A stretch of DNA of 64,000 nt from Spirochaetia bacterium (GTDB lineage: Bacteria; Spirochaetota; Spirochaetia; SZUA-6; Bin103). Below are positions 48,735 to 57,266 of the stretch, one piece after another (the stretch's first letter is position 1; every line of letters begins with the position of its first letter). The DNA lies in NCBI GenBank assembly GCA_965203905.1, contig CBDBDQ010000005.1:2368001-2432000 (forward strand), read 5' to 3'. The notes beneath the pieces were generated by a model. The model saw only the letters and a program-made list of their open reading frames with translations, was not told the DNA's origin and did no database searches. Made by a program: the position numbers and the translations under genes.

Positions 48735-50417
48735 ATGACGCGGGCCGGCCATCTGCGGCGGCTGCAGGAGGAACGCTTCGACCTGCTGGTGATCGGCGGC
48801 GGGGCGACCGGCTGCGGCAGCGCCCTCGACGCCGCCACCCGTGGACTGCGCGTGGCGCTGGTGGAGCGCGGCGACTTCGCCGGCGGCACCAGCAGCCGCA
48901 GCACCAAGCTGGTGCACGGCGGGGTGCGCTACCTGGAGCAGGCGGTCAGGCGCATCGACCGGTCTCAGTTCCGGCTGGTGCGGGAGGCGCTGCGGGAGCG
49001 TGCGGCGCTGCTGGAGCTGGCCCCGCACCTGGTGCACGAGCTGGCGATCTTCGTGCCCCTCTACCAGTTGCGCCAGCAACCCTACTACCGCATCGGCCTC
49101 AACCTGTACGACCGCCTGGCGGGCCGCTACGCGCTGCGCCGTTCCGAGTTCGTGCCGCGCGAGCAGGCGCACGAGCGGTTCCCCTACCTGCGCGAGCAGG
49201 TACGTGGCCAGGGACCGCCACGCCACCTGCGCGGCGGAGTGATTTACTACGACGCCCAGTTCGACGACGCGCGCATGAACCTGGCGCTGGCCCTGACCGC
49301 GGCCCATCACGGCGCGGCGCTGGCCAACTACGTGGCCGTCGAGGGACTGGTGAAGGACGCCGCCGGCCGGCTCACGGGCGCCATTGTGCGCGACCGCCTC
49401 GACGGTGCCGAGTGGGAGCTGCGGGCGCGGGTGGTGCTGAACGCGGCCGGGCCCTACGTGGACGAGCTGCGCCGCCTGGACGATCCCGGCGGCACCCCGC
49501 TGCTGCGCGTCAGCGCGGGGTCCCACCTGGTGCTTGGAGAGCGCTTTCCCGCCCCCGACACCGGCTTCCTGATTCCCCGTACGGAGGACGGCCGGGTGAT
49601 TTTCGTGCTGCCCTGGCACGGGCAGCTCCTGGCGGGCACCACGGAGGTGGACGCGCAGGTGACCGACGAGCCGCTGCCGGCGCGGCAGGAGGTGAGCTAC
49701 CTGCTGACGCACCTGCGCAACTACCTGAACCTGCCGGCGGGGCCCGGCGACGTGATGGCGGCATGGTCGGGGCTGCGCCCGCTGATCGCCGCCCCACCAC
49801 GGCGCGTGGCCGGCGGCCGCCGTCAGCGCCGGGACACCGCGGCACTGACCCGCGACCACTTCCTGAGCACCAGCCGCAGCGGGCTGATCACCGTCGCCGG
49901 CGGCAAATGGACGACTTACCGGGTGATGGCCGTGCACGCCGTGAACCGCGTCGTGGAGGCGGGCGGCCTGGCGCCGCGGCGCACGTCGCAGACCCGCAGC
50001 ACGCCGTTGCTCGGCGCGGTCGGCTACCGCCCGGACGCCGCCGGCCTGCAGCGCCGGTACCACCTGGCCGCCGACGTCGCCGGTCACCTCGACCGGGCAT
50101 TCGGCGACCGCGCCCACCTGGTGGCGCAGCTGGCGGGCGCCGGGTTCGGCTCCCGGCTGGCGCCGCGCCATCCCTACCTGGAGGCCGAGGTGGTGTACGC
50201 GGCGCGCCACGAGGCGGCCTGCACCGTGGACGACGTGCTGGCTCGGCGCACCCGGCTGGCGTTCGTCGACAACGTGGCGGCCCTGGCCAGCGTGCCGCGG
50301 GTGGCGCAGCTGCTGGCCGCGGAGCTGGGTTGGAGCGCCGCCGAGCGCCGGCGTCACGCGGACGCCGCCAGGGCCCGCCTGGAGACTGCACAGGCGATCG
50401 TCGACGGCGTCGAGTAG
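48735..50417 (+). CDS. glpD: FAD-dependent glycerol-3-phosphate dehydrogenase
   Basis: IGGGATG, GTSSRSTKLVHGGVRYLE, GGKWTTYR, RRTRL. Confidence 0.95.
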   Translation: MTRAGHLRRLQEERFDLLVIGGGATGCGSALDAATRGLRVALVERGDFAGGTSSRSTKLVHGGVRYLEQAVRRIDRSQFRLVREALRERAALLELAPHLVHELAIFVPLYQLRQQPYYRIGLNLYDRLAGRYALRRSEFVPREQAHERFPYLREQVRGQGPPRHLRGGVIYYDAQFDDARMNLALALTAAHHGAALANYVAVEGLVKDAAGRLTGAIVRDRLDGAEWELRARVVLNAAGPYVDELRRLDDPGGTPLLRVSAGSHLVLGERFPAPDTGFLIPRTEDGRVIFVLPWHGQLLAGTTEVDAQVTDEPLPARQEVSYLLTHLRNYLNLPAGPGDVMAAWSGLRPLIAAPPRRVAGGRRQRRDTAALTRDHFLSTSRSGLITVAGGKWTTYRVMAVHAVNRVVEAGGLAPRRTSQTRSTPLLGAVGYRPDAAGLQRRYHLAADVAGHLDRAFGDRAHLVAQLAGAGFGSRLAPRHPYLEAEVVYAARHEAACTVDDVLARRTRLAFVDNVAALASVPRVAQLLAAELGWSAAERRRHADAARARLETAQAIVDGVE

Positions 50418-50455
50418 TGCCTTTCGCTGCGCCAATACGCGTAATCGGCAATACT

Positions 50456-51859
50456 TCAGTACCGTATATCGACAAACATAGCCATTCGTCCCGGACAGGG
50501 ATACCCGTATTTGTCTTTGTGAGGATTCAGACGGGTAGTGCGCTTCTTACGCCTGAAGCGTTTGCCACAATAAGTACACTCATAGATGTGATGTGGGCCG
50601 CTTCCTGATCGCGCTGCGCGTGTTCGGCGGCGCTGCCGCGTCGGTGCTGCCGCTCGAGCCGCGGCGGGCGGAACTGCGATCGGGTTCCGCGGACTCAACT
50701 CCACGACGTAACGCGGGACAAAGCTCCGTCCAGTAATCTTTGCGCCTTCAATACGGTCAATGCGGTAGCTCCGGTGCTCTCCATCAGAGTTTCGGATTGC
50801 GTGCAGGACGATATTTCCATCGCGGGTGCGTCGTAGAGAATACGGTTCAATCCGTCGAACTGAGCTCTGGTAGCGTAAGTCGACGCACACATGGTTGGCG
50901 GCCGCAAAGCGAATGATCTCCAGGAATGACCGTGCGGCCGTGGCCACCGGCAGCCGTAGTGTACGCTCTCTTAGGACGGTTTCTCCCGCCGCTATCTCGT
51001 AGACTTCCGGTTCGCTAGGGGCAACGCCAGTGTGCAGCCATGCAAAGAAATCAGGGAGCTCGTTCCAGAACGATTCGACCGGCAGTAGAGCCTGAAGCTG
51101 ATGACCCAGCATGGATCCCAAGAACCTTCAAGATCGCCTTTACGTCTCTCTAGTTCCGTAAGCGTTGGAATAAGGATGTCGCGATGCCTACACTTTTGGT
51201 GTAGTACATCGTGCAGTACAGCGGGCTGCGGGCGTGCCTCGGTATTCCGATAGAGATTGACCACATCGTAGAGATCGCGCGGCCGTGCACGGTCACCCAA
51301 TGCGCGGACCTTTGGCCGAAGGCTTCCTCATAGGCGTAGCAACGGACTCTGATGCCCTCTTCGGGCGCATCGCTGTAGTCGTGAAAGATGACTCGTTGCA
51401 GCGGTGGGAGTACAAGAATTTCGTCAGCCGTAAGATCCAGTTTGATACGCGGGAGACCACCTGACCGCGGAGCGATCGGCCCTTGATAGCTGAGTTGCCC
51501 TGACAGGAGAACGTGCCACGCGTGTTTTCGAAGATTTCGAAGTCCTGCAAGTCTGCCGGAATCTCGATGCCAGTATGATCGTATATCCATTCTCCGATTT
51601 CGCGGAATACGGGACGAAGGAACTCCTGATCGACGTGGGAAGGTTCGGTGAGTGTAAAATCAAGATCTTCGGAGAACCGATAGGTTTCAAAATAGCATTT
51701 CTTGAGACATGTCCCGCCCTTGAAGATCCAGGTATCAGTAAGTGCGGGATGCTGATGGATGCCGGCAAGAACCCAGCCAAGTACATAGTCCTTTTCGATG
51801 ATCTGAGGGCGTAACCCAAGCGTATTCGCTGCACTGAGGATTTCGCCGCGGCCAATCAT
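50456..51859 (-). pseudogene. AbiEii nucleotidyltransferase toxin fused to WYL domain and Zn finger; three frameshifts
   Basis: IEKDY, FKGGT, RFSEDLDF / IKLD / KVRAL, RPRDLYD / RRIEPYSL, RSYRIDRI (WYL), CTYC...H...C; frame breaks near 51497, 51315 and 51117. Confidence 0.85.
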
Positions 51860-51870
51860 CGAGAAGCCAC

Positions 51871-52656
51871 CTACGTCCAGCTCTCAGGTACCAGAAGGCG
51901 CCAACGGGAAACAAGACGACCGCAGGTGAGCGCTCGATCAAGCTTGGCGTTACCTTGGGTCAGATGCGCCCGGCACGCCTGGACAAGTCTAGCAGTGTTT
52001 GCTCTCCGTTCTGCCAGGAATCCCAGACGCTTGAATACGGCGCCATTGCCGAGCATCCCTGCATAATCTATTAGCTTGGCATCATCTCTGTCGTTGCGGC
52101 TGAAGTAGCTCACAACGCAGTCAGATACGTGCTGGATACCGGCTCCGACTTCCGGATCGTCGAGCATGTCGATGATGGTACGGTGAACGTCGGAAATCGC
52201 GATTCGAGTTCTTCCACGCCAGACGTTCTTGGTGCCGAAGATATTGGTCTCTTGAACGTGTTTCAGCGTGAAGTGTGCTCCGTGGCGTAGCAGCCTCTTC
52301 GCACGAACGGCCCGCGCCGTCATTACGACGATGTCACGAAAGATCTGGTCCGTCAGGCTCCAGTGTTCCGCTGCAGCGCGTCCGCCGATGTAGGCAGGTC
52401 CGAAGAGAACCGGCACCAGCACCCAGGGGTCATCGAGAACCAATTCGCTGGCCAGCGAATCAAGGCCGACGGGCGCGTAGCAGCCCGGTCCAACGCGTCG
52501 CAGCCAGCCCTGCCGAAACCACCGGGAGAGTAGCTTCGATGCGTCGGAACGGCTCACGTCCAGTGCTCGTTCGGCATCATCGATTTGGATGATATCGCCG
52601 GCTGCCCGAACAACGGCAGCCAGTCTAAGGCGACCCTTCGGTATGGGGGGGCTCAT
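51871..52656 (-). CDS. AbiEi-family type IV antitoxin / transcriptional regulator
   Basis: N-terminal wHTH LSRWFRQGWLRRVGPGCY; YIGGRAAAEHWSLTDQ, ISDVHRTIIDML, KRLGFL. Confidence 0.85.
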   Translation of the reverse strand: MSPPIPKGRLRLAAVVRAAGDIIQIDDAERALDVSRSDASKLLSRWFRQGWLRRVGPGCYAPVGLDSLASELVLDDPWVLVPVLFGPAYIGGRAAAEHWSLTDQIFRDIVVMTARAVRAKRLLRHGAHFTLKHVQETNIFGTKNVWRGRTRIAISDVHRTIIDMLDDPEVGAGIQHVSDCVVSYFSRNDRDDAKLIDYAGMLGNGAVFKRLGFLAERRANTARLVQACRAHLTQGNAKLDRALTCGRLVSRWRLLVPESWT

Positions 52657-52754
52657 GATTCAGTATCGGGACTCCAATAATTCGCTGTTTTCAGGAAGTT
52701 TAGCAAGCATAATATACACTATCGAGACCTCGTAAGGTACTTAAGTAAAGCATT

Positions 52755-52775
52755 AATTCGCATTTTTTGCGAATT
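52755..52775. promoter_or_regulatory. Inverted repeat upstream of abiEi (candidate operator)
   Basis: AATTCGCA-N5-TGCGAATT perfect 8-bp arms in AT-rich leader. Confidence 0.5.
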
Positions 52776-52894
52776 CGAGCAGCGAAGATATCTAATCTCG
52801 AAGACGAACCGAGGTGCCGCCGGAGACGCGCGGGTTCAGACTTGGGTCATCGTCACCGGGACTGGAGCGGAGATCGCTCCGCTGGTTGTTTGGG

Positions 52895-54283
52895 CTATAC
52901 GACCGCGGATGGCAGAGTGCGCTCGATCTCGTCGATGCGGTAGCCGAAGCCGCTCCCGGTCACGGACTTCAGGTCGACGTGTCCGTCACGCCGGCGGTAG
53001 AGGCCGGGATGGACCCGCGCTTCGGCGGCTGAGGCGGCCGGGTAGAACTGCATGGCGTTGGTCTCCACGCCCATGATGGTGCCGGCGTGTGCCGCCAGTT
53101 GCAGGTGCGGGACCTGCGCCAGCATCGGATTGGTCAGGTCCTGCACCATCAGGGTCATGCCGTGGTGGCGCGCCCAGCACAGGCTGAGGATGGCGCCGGT
53201 CTGCGTCTTGCAGGTCTTCAGGGCCACCCCGCTCCAACCGAGCGAGCGGCCGAGGCGTACCAGCGTCCAGTCGTGGGCGCTCTCATCCATGAACAACGGC
53301 TTGCGTGCCGCCACCGAGCGCACGTCGATCTGATGCTGCTCCAGGTCGTAGGGGAACGGCTGCTCGACGTAGAGGATCGCGGCGTAGGTGCGCGGCTCGT
53401 GGTCGCGCAGTCGGTCCAGTATCCGGTTCACGTACTCGGGCTCGGTCACCGTACAGTTGAAGTCGGCGGACAGCCACAGCACCGGATGCCGTGCCGCGAT
53501 GGCACCTACCGCCGCCAGGCGCCGGTAGTCCCACTCGGCGTCGTCGCCGCGCAGCTTCACCTTGAGCGCCTGCAGTCCGTCGCTGCGGATCCAGTCCTCC
53601 AGCAACACCGGGTAGCCGTCGTCCGGCTCGTCCCCGGTGAGCTCGTCCGGCGAGAGGGGGTCGAGGCCCCCGACCAGGTGCCATGCCATCAGCCGGCGGC
53701 GCGGCGGCACCAGGTAGTCGCGGGGGTAGCGGCCGGCAAAGGCGGGGTCGCCCAGGAGCGCGGCCAGGTCGCTGCCCAGGTGCTCGGGGCCGTAGGTGTC
53801 GTAGGTGGGACAATCCAGCAGCTTGCCGTAGGCGTCATGGGTAGCCAGATCGAACGCCGAGGCACATACCAGGGCGGCGAGCCAGGGGATCGCGGCGGCG
53901 CCCGGCCGGGTGCGGTTGGCCGCCGCCAGCAGCTCCGGCAGGCGCCGCTCGACGAAGCGCTGGCCGATCTCCAGCGGATGACCCGGCTCCGCCGCATCCG
54001 GCCAGGCCCGCGCGATCGCCTCGCTGAGACCGCACAGCGCCTGCAGCCGTTCTGCGTAAGGGATGCCGCTCGGCCAGACCCATTGCACGCTCAGCGGCGT
54101 CTCGCCCCAGCCCACGACGGTTTCGGACCCGTCTCCGGCGCGGCTCAACTCGACGCTGGCGCGCGCGCAGATGACCGACGTGGTGACCTCCGGACCGAAC
54201 TTCAGCGGCACGCGGGTGGTGACCGGCAGATAGTACAGGTGGGTGGCACCTACCGCCGCGCTGCACGAATGGTGAGTGGGCAT
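52895..54283 (-). CDS. Mandelate racemase/muconate lactonizing (enolase superfamily) protein
   Basis: LKVKL, SADFN, YVEQP, MDES, ALKTCK. Confidence 0.88.
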   Translation of the reverse strand: MPTHHSCSAAVGATHLYYLPVTTRVPLKFGPEVTTSVICARASVELSRAGDGSETVVGWGETPLSVQWVWPSGIPYAERLQALCGLSEAIARAWPDAAEPGHPLEIGQRFVERRLPELLAAANRTRPGAAAIPWLAALVCASAFDLATHDAYGKLLDCPTYDTYGPEHLGSDLAALLGDPAFAGRYPRDYLVPPRRRLMAWHLVGGLDPLSPDELTGDEPDDGYPVLLEDWIRSDGLQALKVKLRGDDAEWDYRRLAAVGAIAARHPVLWLSADFNCTVTEPEYVNRILDRLRDHEPRTYAAILYVEQPFPYDLEQHQIDVRSVAARKPLFMDESAHDWTLVRLGRSLGWSGVALKTCKTQTGAILSLCWARHHGMTLMVQDLTNPMLAQVPHLQLAAHAGTIMGVETNAMQFYPAASAAEARVHPGLYRRRDGHVDLKSVTGSGFGYRIDEIERTLPSAVV

Positions 54284-54397
54284 CGCGCTCGGAGTATAGG
54301 GGGCCAACGGCCGGCGGACAACGAGCGGCCGGCGCGGCGAAGCCGGTGGGCGGTACCCCGGCGGCACTCCCGGCACCGGGCAGTGCACCCGCGGGCG

Positions 54398-54528
54398 AAA
54401 AAAAGGCCCCTGGGTAAAGGAGGTGAAACCCCAGGGGCCAATGGATGGTAGTCGGCGTAGCTTGCGGGTGTGCTCAGTTCCCTCAAGCTTTGCAAGCCAA
54501 ACGCTTGCAGACAGGAGGTTTCACCGAC
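54398..54528 (-). ncRNA. Putative sRNA A (about 130 nt): multibranch 5' domain + terminator with anti-SD loop
   Basis: GUCGGUG/CGCCGAC basal stem, UGCAAGC/GCUUGCA and AGCUUG..CAAGCU hairpins, then 10-bp GGCCCCUGGG stem, loop GUUUCACCUCCUUUA, U7. Confidence 0.6.
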
Positions 54529-54535
54529 GTTATAA

Positions 54536-54563
54536 TCGTCGGCTTCCGGCACTCACAGCTTTA
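54536..54563 (-). promoter_or_regulatory. Sigma28 (FliA/WhiG)-like promoter of sRNA A
   Basis: TAAA-N16-GCCGACGA on minus strand, 7 nt before the predicted 5' stem. Confidence 0.5.
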
Positions 54564-54632
54564 ATCATTTTCGAAGAAATCGGAATTTTTTTGACTCCTG
54601 TCGAGCGAGATTCCTGTCGAGAGCGCGGGCAT

Positions 54633-54740
54633 AAAAAAAGGCCCCTGGGTAAAGGAGGTAAAACCCCAGGGGCCAGTGGATGGCCATCAGAACATCTGGG
54701 GGTAAAATCACACGCGCGTGTTCGGAATCCCCCAGTGTCT
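54633..54740 (-). ncRNA. Putative sRNA B (about 108 nt) with the same 3' module
   Basis: 5' stem CUGGGGG/CCCCCAG; 3' 51 nt are 49/51 identical to sRNA A, loop GUUUUACCUCCUUUA, U7. Confidence 0.6.
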
Positions 54741-54745
54741 ATAAG

Positions 54746-54775
54746 TAACAACAACAGTCGAGTTGGAAGGTTACA
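54746..54775 (-). promoter_or_regulatory. ECF-sigma-like promoter of sRNA B
   Basis: TGTAAC followed 16-19 nt later by TGTT(A) on minus strand. Confidence 0.35.
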
Positions 54776-54809
54776 TGGGGTACCAAAAAAATGTGAAAGG
54801 AGACCACGC

Positions 54810-55466
54810 CTACCGCGCCGCACGGTAGCGCTCCAGATGGCGCCGCACCGCGCTGCGCTGCTCGGCGGCCACCGAGGCCAGTTCCACCACTTCCTCGATC
54901 GTGATCAGTGCGGCGGTGGCAAACCCGAACTCCGCCTGCAGCTCGGCCAGGGCGCTGGCCGACCCGCTGCCGCGCTCCATGCGATCGACCGCAATCAGCA
55001 GGCCGACGATCCGCGCCGCCGATCGGCTGCGCAGCAGCTCCACCGCTTCCCGCTTGGCGCCGCCATCGGTAACTACGTCGTCTACAATCAATACGCGGTC
55101 GTCGGCTTCCGGTTCCCGCCCCACCAGGGTCCCCGCCTCGCCGTGGGTCTTGGCCTCCTTGCGGTTGAAGGTGTAGCTCAGCGGGCGTCCCAGCATCCGC
55201 GAGGCGCTGATGGCGGTCGCGACGGCCAGCGGGATCGCCTTGTACGCGGGACCGAACAGGCAGCTCGGCGGGGCGCCGGCAAAGTGCTCGGCGATGGCGC
55301 CCGCGTACAGGTCCGCCAGTTGGGCGATCTGCTCCCCGTGATGGATCGCCCCCAGATTGACGAAGTAGGGCGAGGAACGCCCGCTCTTGGTGGTGAACCG
55401 GCCGAAACGCACGGCGCCGGTGTCCACCAGCAACTGCGCGAGGCGTTGCTTGTCGGGGGTGGTCAT
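54810..55466 (-). CDS. pyrE: Orotate phosphoribosyltransferase
   Basis: FTTKSGRSSPYF, LFGPAYKAIP, FNRKEAKTHGE, PRPP motif VLIVDDVVTDGG. Confidence 0.95.
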   Translation of the reverse strand: MTTPDKQRLAQLLVDTGAVRFGRFTTKSGRSSPYFVNLGAIHHGEQIAQLADLYAGAIAEHFAGAPPSCLFGPAYKAIPLAVATAISASRMLGRPLSYTFNRKEAKTHGEAGTLVGREPEADDRVLIVDDVVTDGGAKREAVELLRSRSAARIVGLLIAVDRMERGSGSASALAELQAEFGFATAALITIEEVVELASVAAEQRSAVRRHLERYRAAR

Positions 55467-55515
55467 GGCCCCCGCAGTGTAGCGGATCGCGCGCCGGTTC
55501 GGGTACGTTGCCCCC

Positions 55516-56001
55516 ATGGCACGCAAGCGGATCTACCTGGCGAGCCCGTACGGATTCTCGAAGCAGCAGAAGGCGTTGCTGCTGCCGCCCATAGTGGCGC
55601 GGCTGGAGGCGCTGGGCGCCGAGGTGTGGGAGCCGTTCGCGCGCAACAACTGGGACATTCCGCGCCCGGGATGGGCCTACCGCGTCGCTCAACGCGACCT
55701 CGGCGACGTGCTCACCTGTGACGCCATCTTCGCGGTCGTGAACGGCACGCCGCCGGATGAAGGCGTGATGGTGGAGCTGGGCGTGGCCATTGCGCGGCGG
55801 ATTCCCACGTTCCTGTTCCGTGACGACCTGCGCCGCTGCACCGACAGCGAACACTATCCGCTCAACCTGATGCTGTTCGCGGGGCTGCCAGAGCAGGGTT
55901 GGAAGGACTACTACTACACCGACCTGGACCATCTGGCACGGTCCGACAAGGCCCTGGCTCCCTGGCTGGCGGCCGGGGACACGGGCGCGGCTGCGGATTG
56001 A
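55516..56001 (+). CDS. Nucleoside 2-deoxyribosyltransferase family protein
   Basis: IYLASPYGF, PPDEGVMVELGVA, NLML. Confidence 0.88.
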   Translation: MARKRIYLASPYGFSKQQKALLLPPIVARLEALGAEVWEPFARNNWDIPRPGWAYRVAQRDLGDVLTCDAIFAVVNGTPPDEGVMVELGVAIARRIPTFLFRDDLRRCTDSEHYPLNLMLFAGLPEQGWKDYYYTDLDHLARSDKALAPWLAAGDTGAAAD

Positions 56002-57191
56002 GTGGCGTGTCGGGCGGCGAGCTGATCCTGGCGCTGATACTCGGAGGCATCGGGCTGGCGCAGCTCGCGCCGCCGCTGGCGAGCTGGTGGCGGCGCGCCC
56101 GCTACCGGCTGCCGCCGCTGGCCGGGCGGCCGTCGCCGCCGGTTCACCTGGTGGTGCCCTGCAAGGGCGGAGGCGCTCACCTGGCGCGCCACCTGGAGGC
56201 GTTCGCCGCGCAGCGTTACCGTCCACTGCTGGTGTCCTTCGTCACCGAGAGCGCATCTGACGCCGCCGTCCCGCTGATCGCGGAGCTGGCCGCCCGCCAC
56301 GACCACGTGCGCCACGTCGTAGCCGGACTGGCCAGTTCCGGGTCGCAGAAGATCCACAACCTGCTGGCCGCCGTCGCCGCCGCCCCGCCGCAGGCCGAGG
56401 TGTTCGCCTTCTGCGACTCCGACATCGAGCCGCACCCCGACCTGCTGCACCACCTGGTGGGGGCGCTGGTGTCCCACGGCGTCACCGTGACCACCGGCTA
56501 CCGCTGGCTGGCTCCGGAGCCGGCCGGTCTGGTGGCGCGGGTGCACACCGTGCTTTCGGCTTACCTGGCGACGCTGGCGGCGTGGCCGACCTCGCGGGTC
56601 GTGTGGGGTGGTACCTGGGCGATTCGGCGCAACGACTGGCAGCGGTTGCGGGTAGCCGAGTACTGGCGCCCGCGCCTCTCCGACGACCTGTCGCTGCAGA
56701 CCCTGCTGCAGCGCCACGGGGCGCGCCGCGAGTTCGTGCCCTGGTGCGTGTCGCCGACCCGCGACGCGCTCACCGGGCCGGCGCAGCTGCTGGACTGGTT
56801 CAGCCGCCAGGTTTTCTACATGCGTCTCTACACGCCCTCCTGGTGGCGCGTTGCGGTGGCGTCGCTGCTGTTGGCGGGGGTTGCGGTAGTGGGTGCGCTG
56901 GGGGTGCTGGCGGCACCGCTGTTGGGCTGGGGCTTCGCGGGCGTGCTGCCGGCCGCGGGCGCCGCCGTGATGCTCCTGGGTGTGCTCGCCGTGCCGCTGC
57001 TGATCGTCGCGCCGCGCCCCGGTCCCCTTACCTTCACGCGGCGGCAGTGGGTGGCGCTGGCGCCGCTGGCAGGGGTGGTCGCGCTGCTGAGCGCGGTCCA
57101 CTCGCTGTTCATGCGCCAGGTTACCTGGGCCAACATCACCTACACCTTCAACCGCGACGGAACGGTGAAGCGGGTTCAGCATCAACCGTGA
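55998..57191 (+). CDS. GT2/GT21 membrane glycosyltransferase (ceramide glucosyltransferase/HpnI-like)
   Basis: VVPCKG, QKIHNL, FCDSD, TGYRW, WGG, SDD, WFSRQ; C-terminal TMs; TTGA overlap with upstream gene. Confidence 0.85.
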   Translation: MSGVSGGELILALILGGIGLAQLAPPLASWWRRARYRLPPLAGRPSPPVHLVVPCKGGGAHLARHLEAFAAQRYRPLLVSFVTESASDAAVPLIAELAARHDHVRHVVAGLASSGSQKIHNLLAAVAAAPPQAEVFAFCDSDIEPHPDLLHHLVGALVSHGVTVTTGYRWLAPEPAGLVARVHTVLSAYLATLAAWPTSRVVWGGTWAIRRNDWQRLRVAEYWRPRLSDDLSLQTLLQRHGARREFVPWCVSPTRDALTGPAQLLDWFSRQVFYMRLYTPSWWRVAVASLLLAGVAVVGALGVLAAPLLGWGFAGVLPAAGAAVMLLGVLAVPLLIVAPRPGPLTFTRRQWVALAPLAGVVALLSAVHSLFMRQVTWANITYTFNRDGTVKRVQHQP

Positions 57192-57266
57192 ACCTGCGGG
57201 CCATGGCTGCATCGGTAAGCCCGCCGGGAGTATGCTGTCGGCGTCCAACGGACGAGGAGTGAGCAG

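Noticed and set aside
47045-50608. 1187-aa and 1103-aa ORFs over glpK/glpD
   Set aside because: Arg/Gly/Pro-rich off-frame and antisense products typical of high-GC DNA
54398-54683. 51-bp repeats as a CRISPR array or rRNA fragment
   Set aside because: Only two copies, a 184-bp structured spacer and no cas genes; the anti-SD has no surrounding 16S helix 45 sequence
54398-54683. Plus-strand CsrB/RsmZ-like RNA (GGA in loops)
   Set aside because: The A7 tracts precede the stems on plus, so U-tails and promoter-like motifs fit the minus strand; not fully excluded
54423-56226. ORFs 54423..55721, 54530..54823, 54250..54552 and 54739..56226
   Set aside because: They overlap pyrE or the structured intergenic RNA region and have no protein motifs; repeated peptides just reflect the DNA repeat
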